Origin: Promethearchaeota archaeon
GTDB taxonomy: Archaea; Asgardarchaeota; Lokiarchaeia; Sigyniarchaeales; SOKP01
Direction of reading: 5' to 3'
DNA length: 64,000 nt
NCBI GenBank assembly: GCA_019057865.1
Contig: JAHLWP010000002.1
Location: 96,001 to 160,000, forward strand
In this document: positions 20,885-30,477 of the stretch, one piece after another
Numbering within the stretch: position 1 is the stretch's first letter
Layout: the number at the start of each line of letters is the position of its first letter
Made by a program: the position numbers and the translations under genes
Notes under the pieces: generated by a model
Told to the model about the DNA's origin: nothing
The model's database searches: none
The model's input: the letters and a program-made list of their open reading frames with translations, nothing else

Positions 20885-22550
20885 ATGAGATCAGAAAAAA
20901 AAAATTTAGATCCAAATAAGGCTTATGAACGAGCATTATACCTTGGTTGTGGTTATTCTTATGAAGATTTAGCAAAACCTAGAATAGCTATAGTAATTTA
21001 TGGAATGAAATTAATCCCGGACATATTCATTTAAGAAAACTAAGCCGATTTGTTAAAGAGGGTGTTAAAGAAGCGGGTGGCACTCCAATGGAATTTAATA
21101 CAATCGCTTCTTGTGATGGAATTGCAAATTCTGGAAATTATTCAAAATATATTTTGCCGTCACGAGAAGTAATAACTGCATCCATAGAATGTACAATAAA
21201 GGCATATGGCTTTGATGGGATGGTGATGTTATGCTCTTGCGATAAAATCATTCCAGGAATGTTATTAGCTGCTGCTAGATGCAATATCCCTACAATTTTT
21301 TTAACTGGAGGGATTATGGAGGCAAAAATATTTGAGAATGGTCCTCTTAAAGGAAAAACCTATGTAACATCAGATATTAAGGAAGCGATTGGTGAATACA
21401 AAGTAGGTAAATTAACTAAAGAGGAATTTTTTCTAATTGAATCACAAACATGCTGTTCCCCTGGGGCTTGTAACATGATGGGAACGGCAAATACAATGGC
21501 ATGTATAGTAGAAGCTATTGGATTATCTTTACCAGGTTGTGCCACAATGGGCGCTATCAGTAAAGAAAAGGAAGATTTAAGTAGAGATACAGGAAAAAAA
21601 ATAATAAAGTTAGTTGAAGATAACATAAAAGCTTTGGACATTATTACTCACTCCTCCATTGAAAATGGAATTAAAGTTGCGTTATCCTTTGGTGGTTCAA
21701 CTAATATGATTCTTCATATGTGTGCCTTATCTCATGAACTTGGAGGAAATTTAAATCATTTTGATTTTGATAAATTGAGTAAATCTATACCGCTATTAGC
21801 AAAATTCAAACCTGCATCTGAATATAATCTTACTGAATTTCATGAAGCCGGTGGTGTTCAAGTCTTAATGAAAAAATTATCCAATCTACTAGATTTATCA
21901 ACTAAAACTATATTAAATTTAACCTTGAATAAAGCACTCGAGAATCTTGAGATACATGATTATCAAATAATTCGAAATTTAGATGATCCAATAGAAAAAG
22001 AAGGTGGGATTGCTGTATTAAAAGGAAATTTAGCCCCAGAAGGAGCAGTTGTGAAACAGAGTGCTATAAGCCTAAAAATGAGATACCATAAAGGTCCAGC
22101 TAAAGTATTTGAATGTGAAGAAGATGTAAAAGATGCGCTTTTGTCAGATAAAGTACAAGAGGGGGACGTACTGGTTATTAGATAAGAAGGTCCTAAAGGA
22201 TCTCCAGGAATGAGGGAATTATCTATACCTGCAGCAATTCTTATAGGTATGGGATTAGGTGAGTCTGTAGCAATGATAACAGATGGACGCTATTCGGGAG
22301 CAACAAGAGGACCTTGTATTGGTCATGTTTGTCCTGAAGCAATTGAGGGAGTCCTATAGCAATTGTACAAGATGGAGATATTATCGAAATCGATATTAAT
22401 GATCGAAAATTGAATTTATTAATTACAGAAAAAGAAATAGATCAGAGATTAAGAAATTGGATTAAACCAGAGCCAAGAATTACTACTGGTTATTTAAATG
22501 CATATAGAAAAATTGTAAGTTCTGCTAAAGTTGGAGCATATTTCAATTAA
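20885..22550 (+). pseudogene. ilvD: Dihydroxy-acid dehydratase with two frameshifts and one nonsense codon
   Basis: KPRIAIV / frameshift ~20998 / WNEINPGHIHL; CDG, CDKIIPG, GACNMMGTANTM, GNLAPEGAVVK; [12 protein letters not shown] (TAA 22183-22185); TDGRYSG; frameshift ~22350 in EGGPIA. Confidence 0.9.
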
Positions 22551-22571
22551 AAACAAATATATTTTTTCAGA

Positions 22572-23729
22572 ATGATTGAAGAAAATCGGATAAGAGAGAA
22601 TTTATCAGTTTTTTCTTTTCCAAGATTATCTGGTACTGAATTCGAGAAAAAAAGTTTTAACTTAGCCAAACAAAAGATTGAAGGTTTAAATCTTACACCT
22701 TCAGTTCAAAAATTTTCCTTCAGTACGTTTTACTCAAGAATTTATCCTAAATTTGGTTTAATTTTACTATTTTGGCTTCATTTTACCTTATTTTTCAATA
22801 ATATCTATTGGGTTTTTACATTGTTAAGTCTAATTTTAACCTTAATGATGTTTCTGGTATTAATTTTTATTACAAGAAACCCAGAAAAAATTCAATTTGG
22901 AAAGACACTTAATTCTCAAAATTTATATATAAAATTACCCTCGAAATCTATATATAAGAAGAAAACTATTAATTCTGATAAGAATATTCTACTTTTTTCT
23001 CACTTAGATTCAAAAGGACAAATATTACCTATAAAATTTAGAATGCAATCATACTTTATTTGGTTCTTTTCCTTTATTTTTGGGATTTTAATTAATACAG
23101 TTAATTATTTCCTCTTTATGGGGTCATTCTTATGGCTTTTTATTATAGGAGCAATAATGTTAGGGATAAATTTTATCTCAACAATTATTATTACAATTAA
23201 CTCAACAAATAATAAATCTAAGGGAGCTATAGATAACGCATCGGGAGTTTCTTGTGTATTAGAATTATTAAGATATTATTCAAATCCAGAATTCAGATTA
23301 GATAATTTTAATTTATGGTTTGTTTTTACGGGAGCAGAAGAGTCTGGTACAATGGGAATTAGAAATTTCTATAAGCTTATAAAAGACTTCGATAGAGAGA
23401 AGACATATATAATTAATTTTGATGGAATAGCAAAAAGATTCATTCTGTATGATCATGGTCTCCTTAATAATAAAAATTATAAGTCTTATAATTTTATTTT
23501 AGAAAATAAGGACATAATGAGGATGGAAAGGGCACATAAGATTTATATTGGCATATACAGCGACGGATTATTTCTTTTGAATAAAAAATTCCAAGGACTT
23601 GGAGTAGGTGATAAAAGTGGGCAAATATATGTACATTCTATCAATGATACTATTGATAAAATAGATCCTAAAGTTTTGAAAAAACTCTGTCAATTTATAA
23701 CAATTCTTTTAAAAGATATTGATAAGTAA
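22572..23729 (+). CDS. Membrane M28 family metallopeptidase
   Basis: PRLSGT, SHLDSK, GAIDNASG, GAEESG, NFD, HSINDT; four TM segments. Confidence 0.9.
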   Translation: MIEENRIRENLSVFSFPRLSGTEFEKKSFNLAKQKIEGLNLTPSVQKFSFSTFYSRIYPKFGLILLFWLHFTLFFNNIYWVFTLLSLILTLMMFLVLIFITRNPEKIQFGKTLNSQNLYIKLPSKSIYKKKTINSDKNILLFSHLDSKGQILPIKFRMQSYFIWFFSFIFGILINTVNYFLFMGSFLWLFIIGAIMLGINFISTIIITINSTNNKSKGAIDNASGVSCVLELLRYYSNPEFRLDNFNLWFVFTGAEESGTMGIRNFYKLIKDFDREKTYIINFDGIAKRFILYDHGLLNNKNYKSYNFILENKDIMRMERAHKIYIGIYSDGLFLLNKKFQGLGVGDKSGQIYVHSINDTIDKIDPKVLKKLCQFITILLKDIDK

Positions 23730-23735
23730 CTTAAA

Positions 23736-25298
23736 ATTAAAAAATGTGGATTAACAATCCAATTCAAGAATAAAGATTTAGGAACTGTTATTACTCCTCC
23801 ATTAACAGCTAAGTATATTATATCAAGGTTAGGCCAGATTAATGAGGGACAAAAAATATTAGATCCTTGTGTTGGCAATGGTGCTTTTGTTGAGAAATTA
23901 GTAGAGGCAGAAGTAAGTGAAAATCAAATTTTTACTTATGACATAAATCCAATATATAAAGATGAAATAGAAAAACTAGGAGTTTCTTTTAAAACACATG
24001 ATACTCTTTTATCATTATATCCTGATTCTTACAATGAGTTTGATATTATTGTTGGTAATCCTCCATACTTGAATAAAACAAGTGAATATATTCGAAAAAA
24101 TAAATTAAAATTAAGGAAGATCTATGGAAAAATTAATGCTCATGAAACTTATTCGATGTTTATAGTAAATAGTATATGGCGCATAAAGAAAGGAGGAAAA
24201 TTAGGGTTTATTACTAGCGATTCTTTTTTAACATTAAGTACCCATAAAAAGTTAAGAAAATTTATTCTTGATAATTGTATCATAAATGAGATCCTATTAG
24301 CCCCAAAATATTTATTTTCTAATCAAAAAGTAAGCACTAATCCAGTAATAATCATTCTAACAAAATATCCTGGAGAAAAATGTAAAAAAAAGAGACAGGA
24401 AAATACAATGAGAATTATACCAAGAGTAAATAATGAACAAGAATATTTTGAACCTAAAAATGTTAAGGAAATTACGCAGGTAAAATATCACTCATTACCG
24501 TTTAATATATTTTTTATAGATGTTGAGGAGCAAGTAATTGAGTTATTTGAAAAAGCACCTAGATTAAAAAATTTTGTTAATGGCCATATTGGAATGCACA
24601 CTCACGATAATAAAAAATACATTGCTGCAATTGAGAATACTGAATTAGCAGATATTTTTAGAAAACGAAATAAAACAATTATAAATCAAGGAAATAAATA
24701 TAAAATCATTTCAAAAGAAGAATTAAGATCCGGAAATTGGAAACCCTATTTGAAACGCGGTGGTTCAGATCAATATTTTAGACCAATAATGGAAGCTTTG
24801 ATTTGGGATGAGGATTCTATAAATGAATATGATATTCCCATAAAAGTGACTTTTGAAAAAGAAGGAATAGTTATAAGCGGTGTTAGTTCAAGATTAGCAG
24901 CTCGCTACATGCCCGAAGGATGCTATTGGGATTCTAATAAAGCTATAGGATTTTATATAATCGATAATTCTATATCGATAGAATATATCTTAGGATTGTT
25001 GAACAGCTCCTTTTATAATTATCTTATGAAAGGGATTATTAATAACACAAATAGTATACAAATATCTGGGATACACACTTTACCTTTTATTGTTCCTGAC
25101 AACATTATTAAAGAAAAAGTGGAAAAATTAGTTAAAAAGATAATTAAAAATAAAAAACAAGACTTAAACTATGATTACATTATGGAGCAAAAAGAAATAG
25201 ATGAAATCATTTTTAATTTCTATAAAAATAGGTTTAATTTTTCTGAACAATTAAGAAATAAATTAGATAATGAATACTCAATTTATAAAAAAAAATGA
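23736..25298 (+). CDS. N6-adenine DNA methyltransferase (Eco57I/TaqI-like with C-terminal TRD); no adjacent REase
   Basis: Frame upstream of the track ORF contains LGTVITPP, ILDPCVGNGAF and VGNPPY; then GKLGFITSDSF, LRKFIL, YILGLLNS. Confidence 0.88.
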   Translation: MKKCGLTIQFKNKDLGTVITPPLTAKYIISRLGQINEGQKILDPCVGNGAFVEKLVEAEVSENQIFTYDINPIYKDEIEKLGVSFKTHDTLLSLYPDSYNEFDIIVGNPPYLNKTSEYIRKNKLKLRKIYGKINAHETYSMFIVNSIWRIKKGGKLGFITSDSFLTLSTHKKLRKFILDNCIINEILLAPKYLFSNQKVSTNPVIIILTKYPGEKCKKKRQENTMRIIPRVNNEQEYFEPKNVKEITQVKYHSLPFNIFFIDVEEQVIELFEKAPRLKNFVNGHIGMHTHDNKKYIAAIENTELADIFRKRNKTIINQGNKYKIISKEELRSGNWKPYLKRGGSDQYFRPIMEALIWDEDSINEYDIPIKVTFEKEGIVISGVSSRLAARYMPEGCYWDSNKAIGFYIIDNSISIEYILGLLNSSFYNYLMKGIINNTNSIQISGIHTLPFIVPDNIIKEKVEKLVKKIIKNKKQDLNYDYIMEQKEIDEIIFNFYKNRFNFSEQLRNKLDNEYSIYKKK

Positions 25299-25311
25299 GA
25301 AAATCATAATT

Positions 25312-25527
25312 TTATCGATTTTTTACTTTTGAATTGGTACTAGCATATAACTTTTTCGTTTCTTTGGCAAATTTTGCCTCTCTTCCCAGTAGAAATCCAA
25401 AAAGAATACCTAAGCCTGAAGCAAGTATTAACAGAAAATAACTACCGGTAGTAATAAACCAATAAATCCCTAATATTAAACCCAAACTAGATATTAAAAA
25501 AATAATTAAAGTTTTTATAATCAACAT
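25312..25527 (-). CDS. Small 2-TM membrane protein
   Basis: 71 aa, two hydrophobic helices, basic tail. Confidence 0.6.
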   Translation of the reverse strand: MLIIKTLIIFLISSLGLILGIYWFITTGSYFLLILASGLGILFGFLLGREAKFAKETKKLYASTNSKVKNR

Positions 25528-25702
25528 TTTCCACCTTGAATATCTTTGTAAAATATAACTAAATAGGATTTATCAAGGTTTTCCTCATATACTATAAGAT
25601 TTCGGGAGATTTCACTTTTAAATTTAAGGAAAAAAGAATAACATAATTATTAAAAAAATAAAGATAATATTATATTAGAAATCAATTCAAGGAGGTAAAA
25701 TT

Positions 25703-25921
25703 TTGCCAATAGTACATGTAAATGTTTGGAAAGGATTTGGAGAAGAAAGAGTAAAGACTTTAATAGAAAATATTACCAAAGTTTTCGTTGATTTAGGTGT
25801 CCCCCAACATGCTGTAGAAGTAATTGTCCACGAAATACCAAAAACCCACTGGGGAATCGGTGGAGAACCCGCTTCTGAAAAATTTAAGGACCAATATTTA
25901 ACAGAGGCTCAAAAAAAGTAA
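25703..25921 (+). CDS. 4-oxalocrotonate tautomerase family protein
   Basis: N-terminal Pro (MPIVHV), WGIGG motif, GGAGG ribosome-binding site upstream. Confidence 0.92.
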   Translation: MPIVHVNVWKGFGEERVKTLIENITKVFVDLGVPQHAVEVIVHEIPKTHWGIGGEPASEKFKDQYLTEAQKK

Positions 25922-25935
25922 GAACAAATTGATTT

Positions 25936-27753
25936 TTAAAGCTTCTCGCCTTTAATCTCTTCCTCATACTTCTTTCTTCGCTCTAATAAGTAAGTGGGAG
26001 TTGGAACATCCCACCATCCAACAGCGGGAGATCCAGTGAAAGGATAGGTTCTATTAACTATAATTTCTATAACAATAGGTTTGTTAGATTTACTTGCTCT
26101 TTTCAATGCAGGGATAATTTCTTCTTTTTTAGAAATTTTTTCAGAATAACACCCAAATCCTTCTGCTATCTTAGTAAAGTCAGGAGAGTAAGGATTACCA
26201 TTTTTATCATAAAAAGCTGTGCCGTACCCTCGATCCTCACCAAAAGCGGCTTGTTGCAAGTCCTTTATAGCAATCCAACCATAGTTATTAATTACAATGA
26301 AGAAGATATTAGTTAATCCTAGTTGTACAGCAACAGACAATTCCGAGATGGTCATCATAAAATCTCCATCTCCAACTAATGCTACTACTTGACGATTTGG
26401 TTTTCCAATGTCTATTGAACCTAATTTTGCTCCAATTGTAGCAGGAATACTATATCCCATAGTTGAGAACCCTCCAGCAGTAATGCATGTTCTTGGCTCA
26501 TAGAATTCGAGTTCCTGAAGCATTTGAGCTTGAACATTTCCAGAACTTGTTACTATAACCGCATCTTTATCGAAAAATTTTCTAATTTCTCTAATAACTG
26601 TAGAAATCATTACAGGTACTTTAGTGTCATCTCGATGCTTATCAAGAAATTTAAACCATTTCTTCGTCTCTTCTTGAATTTCTTTAAAGTAATCGGTTTT
26701 TTCATAATCTTTTTTATAATCTCCTAGCTCATCAATGATTTGCTTTAAGCAAGCTTTAGCATCTCCAATAATCCCAGCAGAAACGGGATAATTTTTACCA
26801 ATTTCATGAGGATCAATATCAATCTGAATCAATTTTGTGGGAGGGATGGAAAAACTAACACCATTTTTATAAGAACTTGCGGTTTGATCTGCAAACCGAC
26901 AACCAACAGCAAGAAGTACATCAGCAGTAGAAGTCATTTTTAATCCTACTGTTGTACCTTTGCTACCAGATGCCCAGCAAAATAATGAATGATCATTTGG
27001 AAAAGCATCTTTAGCCATCATAGTTGTCACCACTGCAGCCCCAATCTTTTCCGCTAAAATCTTGACTTCATCAAAAGCATTTGAAGTTACTATACCACCC
27101 CCTAAAAATAGTACAGGTCTTTTTGCTTCTTTTAATAAATTTGAGGCTTCTTTAATTAATTCTGGATCTCCAAGAATTCTCCCACTAGATCTCCTCTCTA
27201 ATGGTTTAGGTATTTGTACATCAGCAGAAGCCGCCTGTACATCTATAGGGAGATCTATTGCAACTGGTCCCTTCCGACCTGTCAATATCTGATTGAATGC
27301 GCGTTGCATTATTGAGGGTAACTGACCTACTGTATCGACTTGAAAATTGCGCTTAACGATTGGCTCAAGAATTCTAGGCATATTTGAGTCGCCTTTTCGT
27401 TCAATCTCCTGTAATACACCTTTACCTCTCATATGAACATGTGTATCACCCGTGATGACTAAAACTGGCATACTATCCACGAATGCATCTGCAACTCCGA
27501 TTGCAGTATTAATAGCTCCTGGACCAATAGAGGTAAAAACTGCTAAAGGTTTACCTGTAATTCTATAATAACCAACTGCTATATGAACTGCGCTCATTTC
27601 TTGCTTCGGTTGAATTAAGGTAAGTTTATCCCGATCCTTGAAGAATGCATCAACGAGAGGAAGGTTCCCATGCCCAGGGATTCCAATAACATATTTTACT
27701 CCTTCTTTTATTAAATATTTGGAGATTATTTCTCCACCAGTATATTCAGGCAT
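25936..27753 (-). CDS. Thiamine diphosphate-dependent enzyme (acetolactate synthase large subunit-like)
   Basis: GIPGHG, EMSAVH, SIGPGAIN, GFSTMGY, GDGDF...NN ThDP motif. Confidence 0.9.
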   Translation of the reverse strand: MPEYTGGEIISKYLIKEGVKYVIGIPGHGNLPLVDAFFKDRDKLTLIQPKQEMSAVHIAVGYYRITGKPLAVFTSIGPGAINTAIGVADAFVDSMPVLVITGDTHVHMRGKGVLQEIERKGDSNMPRILEPIVKRNFQVDTVGQLPSIMQRAFNQILTGRKGPVAIDLPIDVQAASADVQIPKPLERRSSGRILGDPELIKEASNLLKEAKRPVLFLGGGIVTSNAFDEVKILAEKIGAAVVTTMMAKDAFPNDHSLFCWASGSKGTTVGLKMTSTADVLLAVGCRFADQTASSYKNGVSFSIPPTKLIQIDIDPHEIGKNYPVSAGIIGDAKACLKQIIDELGDYKKDYEKTDYFKEIQEETKKWFKFLDKHRDDTKVPVMISTVIREIRKFFDKDAVIVTSSGNVQAQMLQELEFYEPRTCITAGGFSTMGYSIPATIGAKLGSIDIGKPNRQVVALVGDGDFMMTISELSVAVQLGLTNIFFIVINNYGWIAIKDLQQAAFGEDRGYGTAFYDKNGNPYSPDFTKIAEGFGCYSEKISKKEEIIPALKRASKSNKPIVIEIIVNRTYPFTGSPAVGWWDVPTPTYLLERRKKYEEEIKGEKL

Positions 27754-27968
27754 CTTTAATTCTAATTAATTAATAAGTCATTATTAAATATAATTTGATA
27801 AATAAAGAATAGATTTAAGTTTGTTTATCATTGAGACTGTTTACTTTAAAATTATTTTTTTAATGATTAAAATTATTTTGAAAATTCAATAATCCCTCTC
27901 TTTTTATAAATTAAATATCTAGATTTAAATTTATATACCATGTTTAGGTATGTTATTCTACTTAGCTG

Positions 27969-29303
27969 ATGGATAAAGTGCCGTCTACTTTAGAAAAGAT
28001 TCGAGTCTTGGGAGAAAATTCTAAATATGATATTTGTGCCAGTACTGCTTCCAGTCGTACCAATAAATATCCAAAACTTTTTGGAGATTCAAAAAAATGG
28101 ATTGGAGCTACAGCAAGTGCTGGAATTTGCCATAGCTATACACCTGATGGTCGATGCATGAGTCTTTTCAAAACCTTATATACTAACAAATGCATCTACA
28201 ATTGTAAGTACTGTTTTTCTCATAGTTGTAAGAAAAAGATGAGTTTTACACCACAGGAATATGCTCGCACATTTATGAAACTTTATTCGATGAATGTAGC
28301 GGAAGGTATATTTATATCATCTGGAGTTTGTGGCAGCGCCGATGAAACAACTGAAGAAATGTTGGAAGCGGTTCGACTCCTTCGGTTTAAGTATAACTTT
28401 CGAGGATATGTACATTTTAAGTGTTTACCTGGTGTAAGTCAATATCTCCTCAAAGAAGCAATATCTTTATCTGATCGTATTTCAATCAACATGGAAGCTT
28501 CCACAAAAGATCATCTCGCAGAAATTGCGGAGCAAAAAGATTTTCACAACGATATTATAACCCGACAGCGTTGGTTAAAACAAATTCGCATCAAACACAA
28601 TAATGAAACCCTTAAACTAATGAGAGATTTGAAGCAAGACAATCAATTAGAATACCAAGAAAGGATTATTAAGGACAGGCGAGAGGATGGGTACAAAAAA
28701 TTTCGATGGGACGGTGCTCCAATTCTCAATAGTGGACAAACGACCCAGTTTGTGGTGGGAGCAGCAGAAAATGAAAGTGATTTTGACTTACTTAACAGAA
28801 TTGATTGGGGATATCGAGAAATTGATCTAAGGCGTGCTTATTTTTCTTCGTTCATTCCAATCGAAGGCACGCCTTTAGCAGGTAAGCAAGCAACCTCACT
28901 TGCAAGAGAGCATCGATTATATCAAAGTGATTGGCTATTACGGATATATCATTATAAATTAAAAGATTTAAAAGATATATTGACCGAAGAAGGCAATTTA
29001 CCTGAAGGAGATCCTAAAATTCATTTAGCAAGACAGTATTTTAAAGATCGTGGACCTGTGGATCCAAATCAAGCATCTTACCAAGAATTAATAAGAGTTC
29101 CTGGAATAGGGCCTATTTCTGCTAAACGGATAATAAACTTACGAACGCAAAAATTTGTATTTAAACGTCGACAAGATCTAAAATCTGTTGGTGTAATATT
29201 AAAACGGGCTGATCCTTACCTCCTAATAAATGGACAAAATCAAACTGTTCTTCATAATTTTATTGATCTTGAAGAGAATAAAATTTTACAAAGAGGGATA
29301 TAA
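27969..29303 (+). CDS. Putative DNA modification/repair radical SAM protein with C-terminal HhH (TIGR03916-like)
   Basis: KYDIC, GICHSYTPDGRC, CIYNCKYC, GQTTQFVVGA, REHRLYQSDWLLRIY, LIRVPGIGPISAKRI. Confidence 0.92.
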   Translation: MDKVPSTLEKIRVLGENSKYDICASTASSRTNKYPKLFGDSKKWIGATASAGICHSYTPDGRCMSLFKTLYTNKCIYNCKYCFSHSCKKKMSFTPQEYARTFMKLYSMNVAEGIFISSGVCGSADETTEEMLEAVRLLRFKYNFRGYVHFKCLPGVSQYLLKEAISLSDRISINMEASTKDHLAEIAEQKDFHNDIITRQRWLKQIRIKHNNETLKLMRDLKQDNQLEYQERIIKDRREDGYKKFRWDGAPILNSGQTTQFVVGAAENESDFDLLNRIDWGYREIDLRRAYFSSFIPIEGTPLAGKQATSLAREHRLYQSDWLLRIYHYKLKDLKDILTEEGNLPEGDPKIHLARQYFKDRGPVDPNQASYQELIRVPGIGPISAKRIINLRTQKFVFKRRQDLKSVGVILKRADPYLLINGQNQTVLHNFIDLEENKILQRGI

Positions 29304-29965
29304 TGAACAAAAAAAGTAAAGATGAGGATCCATTGAAAGTCCTTGGTTGTGCTAAAGGACATTCGCATGAAGAACTGATTCGTAATCTTCCTCGTCATTG
29401 TAGATTTTCTCCTGTTCTAATCCAACAGATTAAGAGACTTCCAGAAGTGGTTTTACGCAATTCAAGTACTCCATTCGCCAAGAATGTCAACCATATGATG
29501 CGAGAGGTTTCTACTGAAGCATATCGTGCGAGACAATTTACACGGACAGAAATAAATAATCGTGGTGTGATGTTTGGAGTAGTATTACTTAAACATCGAG
29601 TAATAGATCTTGTTTTACACTATTTTTCTAAAAGATTTCCACAATGTATAATTTGTTTATACAATAAACACACACATAAAACTACCATAATAGATGAAAA
29701 AGGGTTAATTCAGGAGTTTAACTCTCCTCTAAGAAGTGTAGTAAAAAAGGTTAGTAGAAATCGTCCAATTATCCCATATTTCGACGATATCCAATTTTCT
29801 GGTGAGGAAATCTTCGAGACGCTATACAGTTCACAATTTATTTCTGAAAGAGAAAACAAAAACTACTTTAAAAAGATGATTCCTAATAAGTGTTTTAAAT
29901 TACCTGGGATGAGAAGTGGAGTAGAAAAACGTTTTCGAAATAGAAAGATTAATGATTATCTTTAA
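29303..29965 (+). CDS. DUF4130-like (TIGR03915-like) DNA metabolism protein
   Basis: Overlaps the rSAM stop (taatg); EVSTEAYRARQFTR, H.VIDLVLHYFSKRFP, EEIFETLYSSQFISEREN..YFKKMIP. Confidence 0.8.
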   Translation: MNKKSKDEDPLKVLGCAKGHSHEELIRNLPRHCRFSPVLIQQIKRLPEVVLRNSSTPFAKNVNHMMREVSTEAYRARQFTRTEINNRGVMFGVVLLKHRVIDLVLHYFSKRFPQCIICLYNKHTHKTTIIDEKGLIQEFNSPLRSVVKKVSRNRPIIPYFDDIQFSGEEIFETLYSSQFISERENKNYFKKMIPNKCFKLPGMRSGVEKRFRNRKINDYL

Positions 29966-29967
29966 TA

Positions 29968-30039
29968 TCAAATTATTTTTGTGAAGATTTCTTTAGCTTC
30001 TTGATAAGAAGGATTATCTTGCGGTAAATCTAGCAAATT
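29968..30039 (-). pseudogene. Orphan 3' end of a cooC-like gene
   Basis: Translates NLLDLPQDNPSYQEAKEIFTKII*, aligning with NLLHLPNDSKAYRTAKDLFASII* of 33146..33922. Confidence 0.75.
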
Positions 30040-30223
30040 GACTTTAGTTCTTTTTTTAGATCCTCTAATATATTATTATTCATTTTTGCAAGCTCATCCG
30101 TATTTAAGAATTTAATTTTGAAGATTTTATTTTTTTTATTTTTTTTTTTCTGTTAACATTTTCAATTTATTTGTCATTATGTAGTGAAAATTTTCTACCT
30201 TATTGTTTTTGAATCATTTAAAC

Positions 30224-30385
30224 TTATCTTTGATTTTCACTAGAAATATTAAAAACCCGAACTTCATATTTTTTTTCAGGGTTGATCTTACCTGTACGGA
30301 TAAAATCGATTGGGATATTAAAATAATACGAGTCTCCTTTTTTTGTTGGTTTTTTAACAACCACAGTGATTAAATTTTGCTCCAT
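30224..30385 (-). CDS. Small AbrB/SpoVT-like DNA-binding protein
   Basis: MEQNLITVVVKKPTKKGDSYYFNIPIDFIRTGKI...YEVRV; swapped-hairpin pattern GxSxxxxIP. Confidence 0.7.
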   Translation of the reverse strand: MEQNLITVVVKKPTKKGDSYYFNIPIDFIRTGKINPEKKYEVRVFNISSENQR

Positions 30386-30477
30386 AAGGTACCATAAACT
30401 GTTATAGTATTTTTCTGTTATACAAAAAATCATAGGACTCTTTAGAAATTTAACTTGGAGTATCTTTTGTATTAATT

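Noticed and set aside
22183-22185. Stop-codon reassignment suggested by the in-frame TAA in ilvD
   Set aside because: The same gene has two frameshifts, and TAA and TAG terminate many intact genes in this window
22572-25298. Read-through fusion of M28 peptidase and DNA methyltransferase
   Set aside because: Being in frame has a one-in-three chance, and a membrane peptidase-MTase fusion has no support; separate initiation is more plausible
27935-27951. ATACC-N7-GGTAT palindrome upstream of the radical SAM gene (similar ATACC-N6-GGTAT near 62625)
   Set aside because: Only 5 bp arms with different spacers; not distinguishable from chance
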